The notes: a model not told the origin generated them from the letters alone. A stretch of DNA of 64,000 nucleotides from a bacterium (GCA_021788015.1 JAJYLD010000001.1:145581-209580); one strand, 5' to 3'. Shown: positions 8,410 to 16,670, numbered from the stretch's first letter. A program made the numbers and translations.

Positions 8410-9669
8410 ATGAAAATAAAAAACATAATCGCTCGGGAAATTCTTGATTCAAGAGGCAACCCGACTGTGGAAGTGAAAGTAGAGCTGGACAATGGCATAG
8501 TCGCGAAAGCGAGCGTGCCGTCCGGCGCTTCGACTGGAATCCACGAAGCTTGGGAAATGCGCGACGGCGATAAAAATCGTTACGGCGGTTTGGGCGTGCT
8601 TACGGCCGTAAAAAATGTCAACACAAAAATTAAAAAAGAATTGGTCGGCATGGACGTAACCGATCAAAAGAAAATCGACGAAGCCATGATTAAATTGGAT
8701 GGAACGGAAAATAAAAGAAAACTGGGAGCGAACGCTATCTTAGGAGTTTCTCTCGCAGCAGCTCGCGCCGGCGCTATGGCCAAGAAAAAAGAATTGTACG
8801 AATATCTAGCCTCGACTTATGATTTTAAAAAGCCCGATTCGATGCCGACGCCGTCATTTAATATTTTTAATGGCGGTAAGCACGCGGATACGAATTTGGA
8901 TTTTCAGGAATTCATGATCATTCCGCTCAAAAAAACAAGCTTTGCCGAGAAAGTGAGAATGGGCGCGGAAATTTTCCATGAACTCGGTCATGTTCTAAAA
9001 AAAGCCGGTTTCGATACCGACGTCGGAAACGAAGGCGGATACGCGCCGGATATTTTTTCAAGCGTGCAGGCGATCGAATTGATCGTGGCCGCGATGATTA
9101 ACGCCGGTTACAAGCCTGGAGAAGATGTCGGCTTGGGCATTGACGTCGGTTCGTCCGTTCTTTACGACAAAGAAAAGAAAAAGTATATTTTCAAGCTCGA
9201 TCAGGCTCAATTCACAAATAAGACTCTGGTCGGACTGTATTACGAATGGTTCAGAAAATTTCCGATCGTTTCGATCGAGGACGGTTTGGCCGAAGACGAT
9301 TGGGACGGCTGGCGCGATTTAACAAAAGAACTTGGTCAAGATATTCTTCTGATCGGCGACGATTTGTTTACCACGAACGTGAACAGACTGCGCATGGGAT
9401 TACAAGAGAAAGTGGCGAACGCGATTCTGATCAAACCGAATCAGGTCGGAACTTTGACCGAAACGATGGAATGCGTCAAGCTCGCGCAAAAGCACAATTA
9501 TAAAATCATGGTTTCGCATAGGAGCGGGGAAACGACGGATGATTTTATCGCCGACTTGGCAGTCGCCGTCGGATCGGATTATATAAAATCAGGTTCTTTG
9601 TCCCGCGGCGAGAGACTGGCGAAATATAATCGGTTGATGGAAATAGAAGAGAGTCTAAAAAATTCCTAA
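8410..9669 (+). CDS. eno: enolase
   Basis: IIAREILDSRGNPTVEV, SVPSGASTG, IEDGLAEDDW, LIKPNQVGTLTE, SHRSGETTD. Confidence 0.97.
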   Translation: MKIKNIIAREILDSRGNPTVEVKVELDNGIVAKASVPSGASTGIHEAWEMRDGDKNRYGGLGVLTAVKNVNTKIKKELVGMDVTDQKKIDEAMIKLDGTENKRKLGANAILGVSLAAARAGAMAKKKELYEYLASTYDFKKPDSMPTPSFNIFNGGKHADTNLDFQEFMIIPLKKTSFAEKVRMGAEIFHELGHVLKKAGFDTDVGNEGGYAPDIFSSVQAIELIVAAMINAGYKPGEDVGLGIDVGSSVLYDKEKKKYIFKLDQAQFTNKTLVGLYYEWFRKFPIVSIEDGLAEDDWDGWRDLTKELGQDILLIGDDLFTTNVNRLRMGLQEKVANAILIKPNQVGTLTETMECVKLAQKHNYKIMVSHRSGETTDDFIADLAVAVGSDYIKSGSLSRGERLAKYNRLMEIEESLKNS

Positions 9670-9760
9670 ATTATGATTTCTAAGTTCTAATTAATTTTTA
9701 ATTTTAAAATTAGACATTTATTTTTTTTATTAGAAATTATAATTTAAAAATTAGAAATTT
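9667..9760. repeat. AT-rich palindromic intergenic element (TAGAAATT family)
   Basis: TAAATTATGATTTCTAA (9667-9683) pairs with TTAGAAATTATAATTTA (9730-9746). It overlaps the eno stop codon. Confidence 0.8.
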
Positions 9761-9764
9761 TATC

Positions 9765-11336
9765 ATGGCTGTAAAAAAACAAAAACAATCTAATAACCTT
9801 CCCTTGATTCTCGTTATCCTCGACGGTTGGGGAATAGCGGAACCGAATAGGGGCAACGCGGTTACGCTAGCGAAAACGCCGGTTATGAATCGATTGCGCG
9901 AGAGATATCCTTATACAGAACTTTGCGCCTCGGGGAATTGCGTCGGCTTGCCTCCGTTTCAGTCCGGAAACAGCGAAGCCGGGCATATGAATATCGGCGC
10001 GGGAAGACTTGTCGAGCAGGATTCGGTCAAAATCAGCAAAAGCATCAATGATGGCACGTTCTTTAAGAACGCCGCGTTTCTCGAAGCGATCAGACATGTC
10101 AAAAAGAACAAAACAAAATTGCATTTGATGGGCATGCTTTCCGAAGGGTCGAGTCCGCACAGCGATCCCGACCATATCGTTGCCTTGGTGGTCTTGGCAA
10201 AAAATTTTGGCGTTAAAGATGTTATTTTGCATTTATTTACCGATGGCCGCGATTCGCCGAAATTTGCTTCCTTAAAAATGGTAAATTTTATCGAAAAAAG
10301 TTTTAAAAACAATGAATGCGTCGGGACGATTATGGGCCGTTTTTACGCCATGGACCGAAAAAAAGAATGGGAAAGAACGGAAAAAGCGTATAACGCCCTC
10401 GTACTCGGCCAAGGAAAAAAGGCGGAAAGCGCAGAGGAAGCGATAAGCGAGAGTTATAACAGAGGCGAAACAGATGAATTTATCGAGCCTTATGTCATTA
10501 CGAAAGACGATAAAATTACTCCGCGCATCGGCGACGGCGACAGCGTCATATTTTTTAATTTAAGATCGGACCGAGCGAGGCAACTCGCGAAAGTTTTTGT
10601 CCAGAGCGATTTTAATGGAAAAAACCCCGGTTCGTTCAAAAGAAAAAAGATTTTAAAAAATTTGCGTTTCGTGGCCATGACCGATTTCGGTCCGGATTTG
10701 GACAGTATTCTCACCGCCTATCCGGCGGTCGATATTGTCGAGACCTTACCCATGGCTTTGAAAAGTCTGCGCCAATTATATATAGCCGAAACGGAAAAAT
10801 ACGCCCATGTCACATATTTTTTTAACGGCGGGTATGTGGGTACGGTCGCTGGCGAAACTCAATTTATGATTCCGTCTCCGCATGTGAAATATTATGACGA
10901 AACGCCGTGTATGAGCTCGAAGCCGCTCGCTCGGACAATCGTCGACAATGTAAAGAAAGGAAAATATGATTTTACCGTCTTGAATTTCGCCGCGCCGGAC
11001 ATGATCGGGCATACCGGCGATTTGAAAGCGGGAATAAAGTGCATTTCATGCGTGGATAAAGAGCTGGGCAAAATTGTTAACGCTTATCTCCGAAAAGGAG
11101 GAACGGTTGTAATTACGGCGGATCATGGTAATATTGAAGAGATGATTAATTTAAAAACGGGAGAAGTCGATACCGAGCATTCGACAAACCCCGTGCCGTT
11201 TTTAGTTGTAAACGATAAAATGAAAAAAATGAAATTGAAAAAAAATGGCAGTTTGTCCGATGTCGCGCCTACGATTCTAGAATTGTTGGGTGTAAAAAAA
11301 CCCAAGGAAATGACGGGAAGGAGCCTTATAAAATAA
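9765..11336 (+). CDS. gpmI: 2,3-bisphosphoglycerate-independent phosphoglycerate mutase, paralog 1
   Basis: LDGWG, GNSEAGHMNIGAGR, TDGRDS, ETEKYAHVTYFFNGG, NFAAPDMIGHTG, ITADHGN. Confidence 0.93.
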   Translation: MAVKKQKQSNNLPLILVILDGWGIAEPNRGNAVTLAKTPVMNRLRERYPYTELCASGNCVGLPPFQSGNSEAGHMNIGAGRLVEQDSVKISKSINDGTFFKNAAFLEAIRHVKKNKTKLHLMGMLSEGSSPHSDPDHIVALVVLAKNFGVKDVILHLFTDGRDSPKFASLKMVNFIEKSFKNNECVGTIMGRFYAMDRKKEWERTEKAYNALVLGQGKKAESAEEAISESYNRGETDEFIEPYVITKDDKITPRIGDGDSVIFFNLRSDRARQLAKVFVQSDFNGKNPGSFKRKKILKNLRFVAMTDFGPDLDSILTAYPAVDIVETLPMALKSLRQLYIAETEKYAHVTYFFNGGYVGTVAGETQFMIPSPHVKYYDETPCMSSKPLARTIVDNVKKGKYDFTVLNFAAPDMIGHTGDLKAGIKCISCVDKELGKIVNAYLRKGGTVVITADHGNIEEMINLKTGEVDTEHSTNPVPFLVVNDKMKKMKLKKNGSLSDVAPTILELLGVKKPKEMTGRSLIK

Positions 11337-11342
11337 TTATGA

Positions 11343-11575
11343 GTCCCGTTAGAAGCCGCGATCGCTTCAATGGGAATTGGTTAAATTTACAGGAGGACTT
11401 TAATAGCTTATGCAGGTTTATGCAATCAATTTCTTGATCGCGATCCCGATATTACAAATCCTGTCGGATTTGGCTACGGGACAAGTTCTATCGCACAAAA
11501 CTTATTTTTAACCACGTCTCGCCCCGTAGTCACCGAGTTTACGAGGTGTACTACCGGGGTCTGCTTCTAACGGGA
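11343..11575 (+). other. about 230-nt GC-richer structured element closed by a 12-13-bp helix (candidate ncRNA, regulatory leader or MITE)
   Basis: CCCGTTAGAAGC (11344-11355) is the exact reverse complement of GCTTCTAACGGG (11563-11574). Internal hairpins include CGCGATC/GATCGCG, AAATCC-TGTC-GGATTT, TCCCG/CGGGA and CCCCGTAGT...ACTACCGGGG. The 3' arm abuts the ATG of the next gene. Confidence 0.45.
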
Positions 11576-13149
11576 TGAACAAAACTTCAAATAGACCAAA
11601 GCCAGTCGTTCTAATCGTATTGGACGGTTGGGGCGTTACCCAGCCTTATAGCGGCAATGCCATAACCCAGGCAAATACGCCGGTTATGAAAGAGCTGCTT
11701 TCAAAATATCCATCCATGACCATAATGGCCGCCGGAGAGGCGGTCGGTTTGCCCTGGGGAGAAAACGGTAACAGTGAAGTCGGCCACCTTAATCTCGGAC
11801 TGGGCCGAATTTTGTATCAAGACCTGCCTCGAATCAATAAGGCCATAAGCGACAATTCAATTTATGAAAATAAAATTTTAAATAAAGCTATCGAACATGT
11901 CGAAAAAAATAATTCTAAATTGCATTATATCGGGCTCTTGTCCAATGGCGGCGTACACGCCTCAATAGAACATCTTCAGGCGCTTTTGTTTTTCGCCAAA
12001 GAAAAAAAAGTTAAAGATGTTTATGTGCATGTCATTTTGGACGGCCGCGACACCCTTTACAATAGCGGCATCAATTTCGTTAAGGATATCGAAAGATTTT
12101 TTAAAGAATACGGAGTGGGGAAAATTGCGACCATTTCCGGACGTTTTTATGCCATGGATCGGGATAATCATTGGGACAGAGTTGAAAAAGCTTATAAGGC
12201 TATGACCAAGGGCGAGGGGAATAAGGCTGATACGGCGGAGAGCGCCATTGAAGAGAGCTACGGGAAAAAAATTTACGACGAGGAATTTGTGCCAACGGTT
12301 ATCGATGAAAATGGTTTGGTCGGAAACGGAGATGCTGTCGTTTTTTTTAATTTTCGGCCCGATCGCGCTCGCCAACTTACAAAAGCTTTTGTTCTTTCCG
12401 ATTTCGACAAGTTCGAAAGGAAAAAAATAAAAGATTTGGAATTCGCGACATTCACCGAATACGAAAATGGCTTGCCGGTCGATATCGTATTTGAACCGGA
12501 AGTGATAAGTAACACTTTGGGAGAGGTCATTTCAAAAGAAGGCTTAAAGCAGCTTCGTATCGCCGAAACGGAAAAATACGCCCACGTCACTTACTTTTTT
12601 AACGGCGGCAAAGAAACAAAGTCGGAAGGGGAAGAACATGCCCTTATTCCTTCGCCGCATGTGGAAAGTTACGATTTGAAGCCGGAAATGTCCGCCTTCG
12701 AATTAACAGATAGAGTTTTAAAGGAAATTGCCAAAAATGAATTTGATTTTATTCTCATAAATTTCGCCAATGCCGATATGGTCGGCCATACGGGCAATAT
12801 GAAGGCGACAATCAAAGCCGTGGAATCGATCGATAAATGCTTGGGAAAAATCACTAAAGCGGTTTTGGCGAAAGGCGGTGTGATTTTGATTACGGCGGAT
12901 CATGGAAACGCGGAAGTGGTTTTTAATATGCAAACGGGAACGATAGATAAAGAGCATTCCGCCAATCCCGTACTGTTCATCGTTATTGGAAATGAATTTG
13001 AAGGAAAAAATTTGGGCGGCCAGGACGCGCCCGGCGGAGATTTGAGCTTGCTTCAGCCGCAGGGTATTTTATCCGACGTGGCCCCGACCGTTTTAAAACT
13101 TATGGGCATACCGAAACCGAGGGAGATGACGGGAAGATCGCTGATTTAA
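11575..13149 (+). CDS. gpmI: 2,3-bisphosphoglycerate-independent phosphoglycerate mutase, paralog 2
   Basis: LDGWG, GNSEVGHLNLGLGR, LDGRDT, ETEKYAHVTYFFNGG, NFANADMVGHTG, ITADHGN. Clearly divergent from paralog 1. Confidence 0.93.
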   Translation: MNKTSNRPKPVVLIVLDGWGVTQPYSGNAITQANTPVMKELLSKYPSMTIMAAGEAVGLPWGENGNSEVGHLNLGLGRILYQDLPRINKAISDNSIYENKILNKAIEHVEKNNSKLHYIGLLSNGGVHASIEHLQALLFFAKEKKVKDVYVHVILDGRDTLYNSGINFVKDIERFFKEYGVGKIATISGRFYAMDRDNHWDRVEKAYKAMTKGEGNKADTAESAIEESYGKKIYDEEFVPTVIDENGLVGNGDAVVFFNFRPDRARQLTKAFVLSDFDKFERKKIKDLEFATFTEYENGLPVDIVFEPEVISNTLGEVISKEGLKQLRIAETEKYAHVTYFFNGGKETKSEGEEHALIPSPHVESYDLKPEMSAFELTDRVLKEIAKNEFDFILINFANADMVGHTGNMKATIKAVESIDKCLGKITKAVLAKGGVILITADHGNAEVVFNMQTGTIDKEHSANPVLFIVIGNEFEGKNLGGQDAPGGDLSLLQPQGILSDVAPTVLKLMGIPKPREMTGRSLI

Positions 13150-13154
13150 AAATG

Positions 13155-13185
13155 CCCCCTTTAACAAAGGGGGTTAGGGGGTTTT
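13155..13185 (+). terminator. hairpin plus T-tract after gpmI paralog 2
   Basis: CCCCCTTT-AAC-AAAGGGGG followed by TTAGGGGGTTTT. Confidence 0.45.
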
Positions 13186-13579
13186 GAAAGGTAAAATTTT
13201 TAGAATCGAATTTCTGGTTCAAAACTCAAATTTCAAAAGTCGAAACCGCAGCTAAAAATTCAAAACTAATCAGCTTCGGTTAGAGCGATAACTCCTAACT
13301 CTTGGTTACACAAGAGCCAAATACTGCGGACTATTAATATTTAAACGTTTGCATCCTAGACTCCAGGTATAACCTGGAGCCAGCAAGGACCGCTCAAAAG
13401 GCGGCTTTTAAAATTCCTTTACTGGCTCCATGCTTTGCGTGGAGCCGAAATGTAGACCGTTTCCAATTATATAATTGGCGCCTGCTTGTAACTCGCCACG
13501 GTGCAAGCCGTGGATTTGGTTCGCAATTTGGCTCCACGGCCCTGTCGGGGATTATGGAGTCAGAAAAATATAGAAATGT

Positions 13580-13622
13580 TTTAAAAATAAAAAACCCGCA
13601 TACTTAAAAGTAACGCGGGTTA
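13580..13622 (-). terminator. rho-independent terminator of the minus-strand methyltransferase gene
   Basis: On the minus strand, AACCCGC...GCGGGTT (13593-13621) is followed by TTTTTATTTTTAA. Confidence 0.6.
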
Positions 13623-13630
13623 GAAAAAAA

Positions 13631-14485
13631 TTATACAAATTGCCCGATTGTCCAGATTTCTCCGGAAGAGAGTTTTTCCTGAAGACCCGGCTCCAGGCTC
13701 TGGCCGTAACCCGGCACGAGATCGAGCTGCTTTCGCCGGTTATAGCTCAAGCCATGTCCGCGCAAGAAGTCTTCGATTGCGGCGGTATCGGGAAAAGGAT
13801 AGAAATCCTGCCCCGACAAATGAGCCATGACAGCGAAAAGCGCGCGGCCCAGTTCGCCCTCTCTCCACGTCTTCATGTCATGCGTCGTTATAAAATCCTG
13901 GCTCGTGGCGAATAAGACACTGCCAGGCCGGCGGCGTATCACCTGTTTTACGGAACCGATGAAAGCATTTTTTTTCTCATCCGGCAAATAGGCGAGCAGA
14001 CCGGCGCAAGCCATTGCAATCGGTCCTTCCGGCAGCAGTTTCGTTGTTCTGCAAATAGAAATCGCCGATGTCGCATCGGCGGCAATGAAACGATGATTCG
14101 GCCGCAAACCGACCAGCTGTTTTATAAGTGCCTGCTTGATCCTGATCATTCCCGAAAGGTCCGTTTCTACCACATGTTGGCGCGGGTCACCCGCAAAAAT
14201 CGTCCCCCGCGGATCATAACCGCTGGCGAACTCAAGCAGGTTTATGTACCCCACGTTCTCAATAGCCCTCGATAGGGCCAGATGCCGCAGAGGCAACATT
14301 GCCTCGAACACTTTACGAGCGGCATCGAAATACGCGCCGTACCCGCATTTCACAAAGGCCTTGTATATCTCGGCCTCTGCTTCTCTAATTACGGCAATCT
14401 CCCAGGCATACTGAATGCCCGAATGCATATTGCCGAGAGCAACTATAAGCGCGGTATTACTGACATGATTACTGCCGTTATTCAT
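13631..14485 (-). CDS. SAM-dependent O-methyltransferase-like protein (leucine carboxyl methyltransferase superfamily-like), high GC
   Basis: 284 aa. The layout INLLEFASGYDPRG ... VVETDLSGMIRIKQ ... FIAADATS ... ACAGLLAYLPDE resembles LCMT-type methyltransferases. Strong SD AAGGAGGG 5 nt before the ATG. Visibly GC-richer than its neighbours. Confidence 0.5.
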   Translation of the reverse strand: MNNGSNHVSNTALIVALGNMHSGIQYAWEIAVIREAEAEIYKAFVKCGYGAYFDAARKVFEAMLPLRHLALSRAIENVGYINLLEFASGYDPRGTIFAGDPRQHVVETDLSGMIRIKQALIKQLVGLRPNHRFIAADATSAISICRTTKLLPEGPIAMACAGLLAYLPDEKKNAFIGSVKQVIRRRPGSVLFATSQDFITTHDMKTWREGELGRALFAVMAHLSGQDFYPFPDTAAIEDFLRGHGLSYNRRKQLDLVPGYGQSLEPGLQEKLSSGEIWTIGQFV

Positions 14486-14621
14486 GATTCCCTCCTTGGG
14501 TTTATGCCGAATTTATACAAGTATGGCCATATTTCCCTAATTCAATATTGTAAGATCTAAAAATTGTAAGGATCTAAAAACATTTTAAAGTAACATAATT
14601 AAGAAAGTGTGTCAATAGTTG

Positions 14622-14654
14622 TTAAAAATTAAAAAACCGCTTCAAAAGGCGGTT
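14622..14654 (-). terminator. rho-independent terminator (minus strand)
   Basis: AACCGC-TTCAAAAG-GCGGTT (14635-14654), with a T-run on the minus strand (A-run 14620-14636). Confidence 0.6.
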
Positions 14655-14693
14655 TTATAAATGGTAAAAGTAAAAATCAAAGATGGCGTATGT

Positions 14694-15164
14694 TTATTTT
14701 TCTTTGTACGCTTTTAATATTCTTTTAACCGCTTCCACGTGAGCTGCATATACAGGATTATCGTATGTTTTATTTAACTGATCTTGGGATTCCTGACTCA
14801 TATAGTGTTGATATACAGCTTCAGGATTTGTCATGTCAATTTTCTCTTCGCCTGTTATTGGATCCGTAAAATATTTAGACAAACTAGAACCTCCCATATG
14901 TGCTATCGCATCGATATCGTGCAGTATGTCTCCCGTAGGTTGAAAATCGTTAATCATTTGTGCTATTTTTTGTTTTTCCGCATCTATTTGTTTTTCCGCA
15001 TCCAAGGCAAATCCTTGTACTGCTTCGATAGTCATGATTTTTAATTCATTTAAACTAGAATTAGCTAGTTGATTTTGGTCAATACCTTTTGCTCCGGCAA
15101 CAAAATTACGTAAAAAACCTTCAGCTTGTTCCGGATTTTTTTCCGAGATAAAATCGGCAAACAA
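14694..15164 (-). CDS. hypothetical protein; the frame continues upstream through one in-frame TGA to an ATG at 15305
   Basis: 156-aa ORF from a TTG start. The same frame upstream reads MKENIFNKSEAEQPKSANLGVEFSTFIKK-TGA-SPEVAEKLKDILPNLAI, then joins this ORF. Confidence 0.5.
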   Translation of the reverse strand: MFADFISEKNPEQAEGFLRNFVAGAKGIDQNQLANSSLNELKIMTIEAVQGFALDAEKQIDAEKQKIAQMINDFQPTGDILHDIDAIAHMGGSSLSKYFTDPITGEEKIDMTNPEAVYQHYMSQESQDQLNKTYDNPVYAAHVEAVKRILKAYKEK

Positions 15165-15406
15165 TATCGCAAGGTTCGGTAAGATGTCTTTTAACTTTTC
15201 AGCTACTTCAGGACTTCATTTTTTTATAAAAGTGCTAAATTCAACACCTAAATTAGCACTTTTTGGTTGTTCGGCTTCGCTTTTATTAAATATGTTTTCT
15301 TTCATAAATTTTATAGTTGGATGAAAAAAATAGTATTATTCCATCTAACTTACTTAAATAGATTTCGGATAATTGTGCTTGGCATTTATCCGAAATATTT
15401 ATAATT

Positions 15407-15844
15407 TTAAAAATAAAAAAATCCGATCAAACTGATAATGAGACCAATTAAACTTCCGACAATGACTTGCGCCGGGGTGTGGCCGATTTTTTCAAGAAGG
15501 TGAGGATAATGTTCTGGCAATGAAATTTCATCGCGTTTAAGATCTTTTACTAAAACATTTAAAATATGGCCATGCTCGCCCAGGTAGCGGCGGATGCCAA
15601 GGGCGTCGCGGATGACAACGGCGGCCAGAATAAAACTGATCGCAAAAGCGGGAGAGGCCCAACCTTCTTGAAGTCCCGCAATCGTGGCCAGGGACACGAC
15701 CATGGCGCTATGTCCAGAAGGCATTCCGGAATAGGCGAAAATCGATTTAAATTTGTATTTCTGCCGGTTTGATTTGAAAAAGAATTTCAAAAATTGGGCG
15801 AATAGCCCCGCGATTATGGGCAGAACAAGCATTTTATAATCCAT
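15407..15844 (-). CDS. divergent PAP2 family membrane protein (DUF212)
   Basis: 145 aa, about 4 TM helices, with SGMPSGHSAMVVSLA and IRDALGIRR motifs typical of DUF212. Confidence 0.8.
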   Translation of the reverse strand: MDYKMLVLPIIAGLFAQFLKFFFKSNRQKYKFKSIFAYSGMPSGHSAMVVSLATIAGLQEGWASPAFAISFILAAVVIRDALGIRRYLGEHGHILNVLVKDLKRDEISLPEHYPHLLEKIGHTPAQVIVGSLIGLIISLIGFFYF

Positions 15845-15939
15845 GTTGATAGTTTAGCAAAATTTTTATTTTTTGAAAATGTTTCAATCTTGACATTTTT
15901 TGTAAGGTAAAGTAATATTTAAAATCAGATCTTTATAAA

Positions 15940-16068
15940 GCCACTGTAGCTCAGTCGGGTAGAGCACCTCTGAAGGTAATCTTTCTGACTGGGCAAGCGC
16001 TGGCTCGGATTAGAAAAAATCCTTCATGAAAGAGGGGGTCGCGGGTTCAATTCCCGTCGGTGGCTCCA
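15940..16068 (+). tRNA. tRNA gene interrupted in the anticodon loop (Gly-like body, anticodon unresolved)
   Basis: Acceptor GCCACTG/CGGTGGC, D arm GCTC-AGTCGGGTA-GAGC, variable GGGTC, T arm GCGGG-TTCAATT-CCCGT, encoded TCCA. The anticodon stem halves CCTCT (15967-15971) and AGAGG (16031-16035) are separated by 59 nt instead of 7. Confidence 0.7.
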
Positions 16069-16179
16069 AAAATTCGGGCATTGCCCATAAAAACAGTCTC
16101 TTTTATAGAGACTTTTATTTTATAAAAATCATAAATGGAAACGAGCAACCACCTCCTGCCAAAAGGGTTTTTTAATCCC

Positions 16180-16208
16180 TTGACATACCTCAAAAAAGAA
16201 ATTACAAT
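16180..16208 (+). promoter_or_regulatory. sigma70-type promoter of groES-groEL
   Basis: TTGACA (16180-16185), 17-nt spacer, TACAAT (16203-16208). Confidence 0.6.
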
Positions 16209-16219
16209 ACTAATGTATT

Positions 16220-16246
16220 TTAGCACTTTAAGCTTTAGAGTGCTAA
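16220..16246 (+). promoter_or_regulatory. CIRCE operator (HrcA binding site)
   Basis: TTAGCACTT-N9-GAGTGCTAA has one mismatch to the consensus TTAGCACTC-N9-GAGTGCTAA. It sits just downstream of the -10. Confidence 0.85.
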
Positions 16247-16253
16247 CTAAGAT

Positions 16254-16333
16254 AACTCAAAACTCAAATGTTAAAACTCAAAGCTACAACTTAAAACTCA
16301 AAACTTTTTAGTTTTGGTTTTGCATTTTGAGTT
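16254..16333. repeat. AAAACTCAAAAC-family imperfect palindrome, copy upstream of groES
   Basis: TAACTCAAAACTCAAATGTTAAAACTCAAAGCTACAACTTAAAACTCAAAACTTTTTAGTTTTGGTTTTGCATTTTGAGTTA. A near-copy lies at 16671-16773. Confidence 0.75.
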
Positions 16334-16345
16334 AATAATAATTGT

Positions 16346-16669
16346 ATGTCAGAAGAACAAAAATTATCTAACGGGGTAAAAAAAATAAAACCGCTTCACG
16401 ACATGATCGTAATCAAACCGATAACCGAAGACGAGGTTGCAAAATCGGGAATCGTTTTACCCGAAACCGTGGACAAGGAAAAACCGGAAAAAGGAGAAGT
16501 CGTAGCGACCGGTCCGGGAAAACTTTTGGAAAACGGTCAGAGAGCGCCTATGGGAGTTAAGGTCGGAGACAAGGTTATGTTTAAAAAATATTCGCCGGAT
16601 GAGGTTAAGATTGATAAAGAAGAATTCCTGGTGATTAGCGAGAGCGATGTAATTGCGATAATTGAATAA
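16346..16669 (+). CDS. groES: co-chaperonin GroES
   Basis: IKPLHDMIVIKP, mobile loop region, VATGPG, GDKVMFKKY; 107 aa directly upstream of groEL. Confidence 0.93.
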   Translation: MSEEQKLSNGVKKIKPLHDMIVIKPITEDEVAKSGIVLPETVDKEKPEKGEVVATGPGKLLENGQRAPMGVKVGDKVMFKKYSPDEVKIDKEEFLVISESDVIAIIE

Positions 16670-16670
16670 A

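Noticed and set aside
13261-13330. Possible tRNA or tRNA remnant (TCGGTTAGAGCG resembles a D-arm; CTCTTG-GTTACA-CAAGAG resembles a T-arm), which could mark an integration site for the high-GC islet.
   Set aside because: No acceptor stem or anticodon arm can be paired, and the T-loop lacks the GTTCRA consensus. The similarity is too weak to call.
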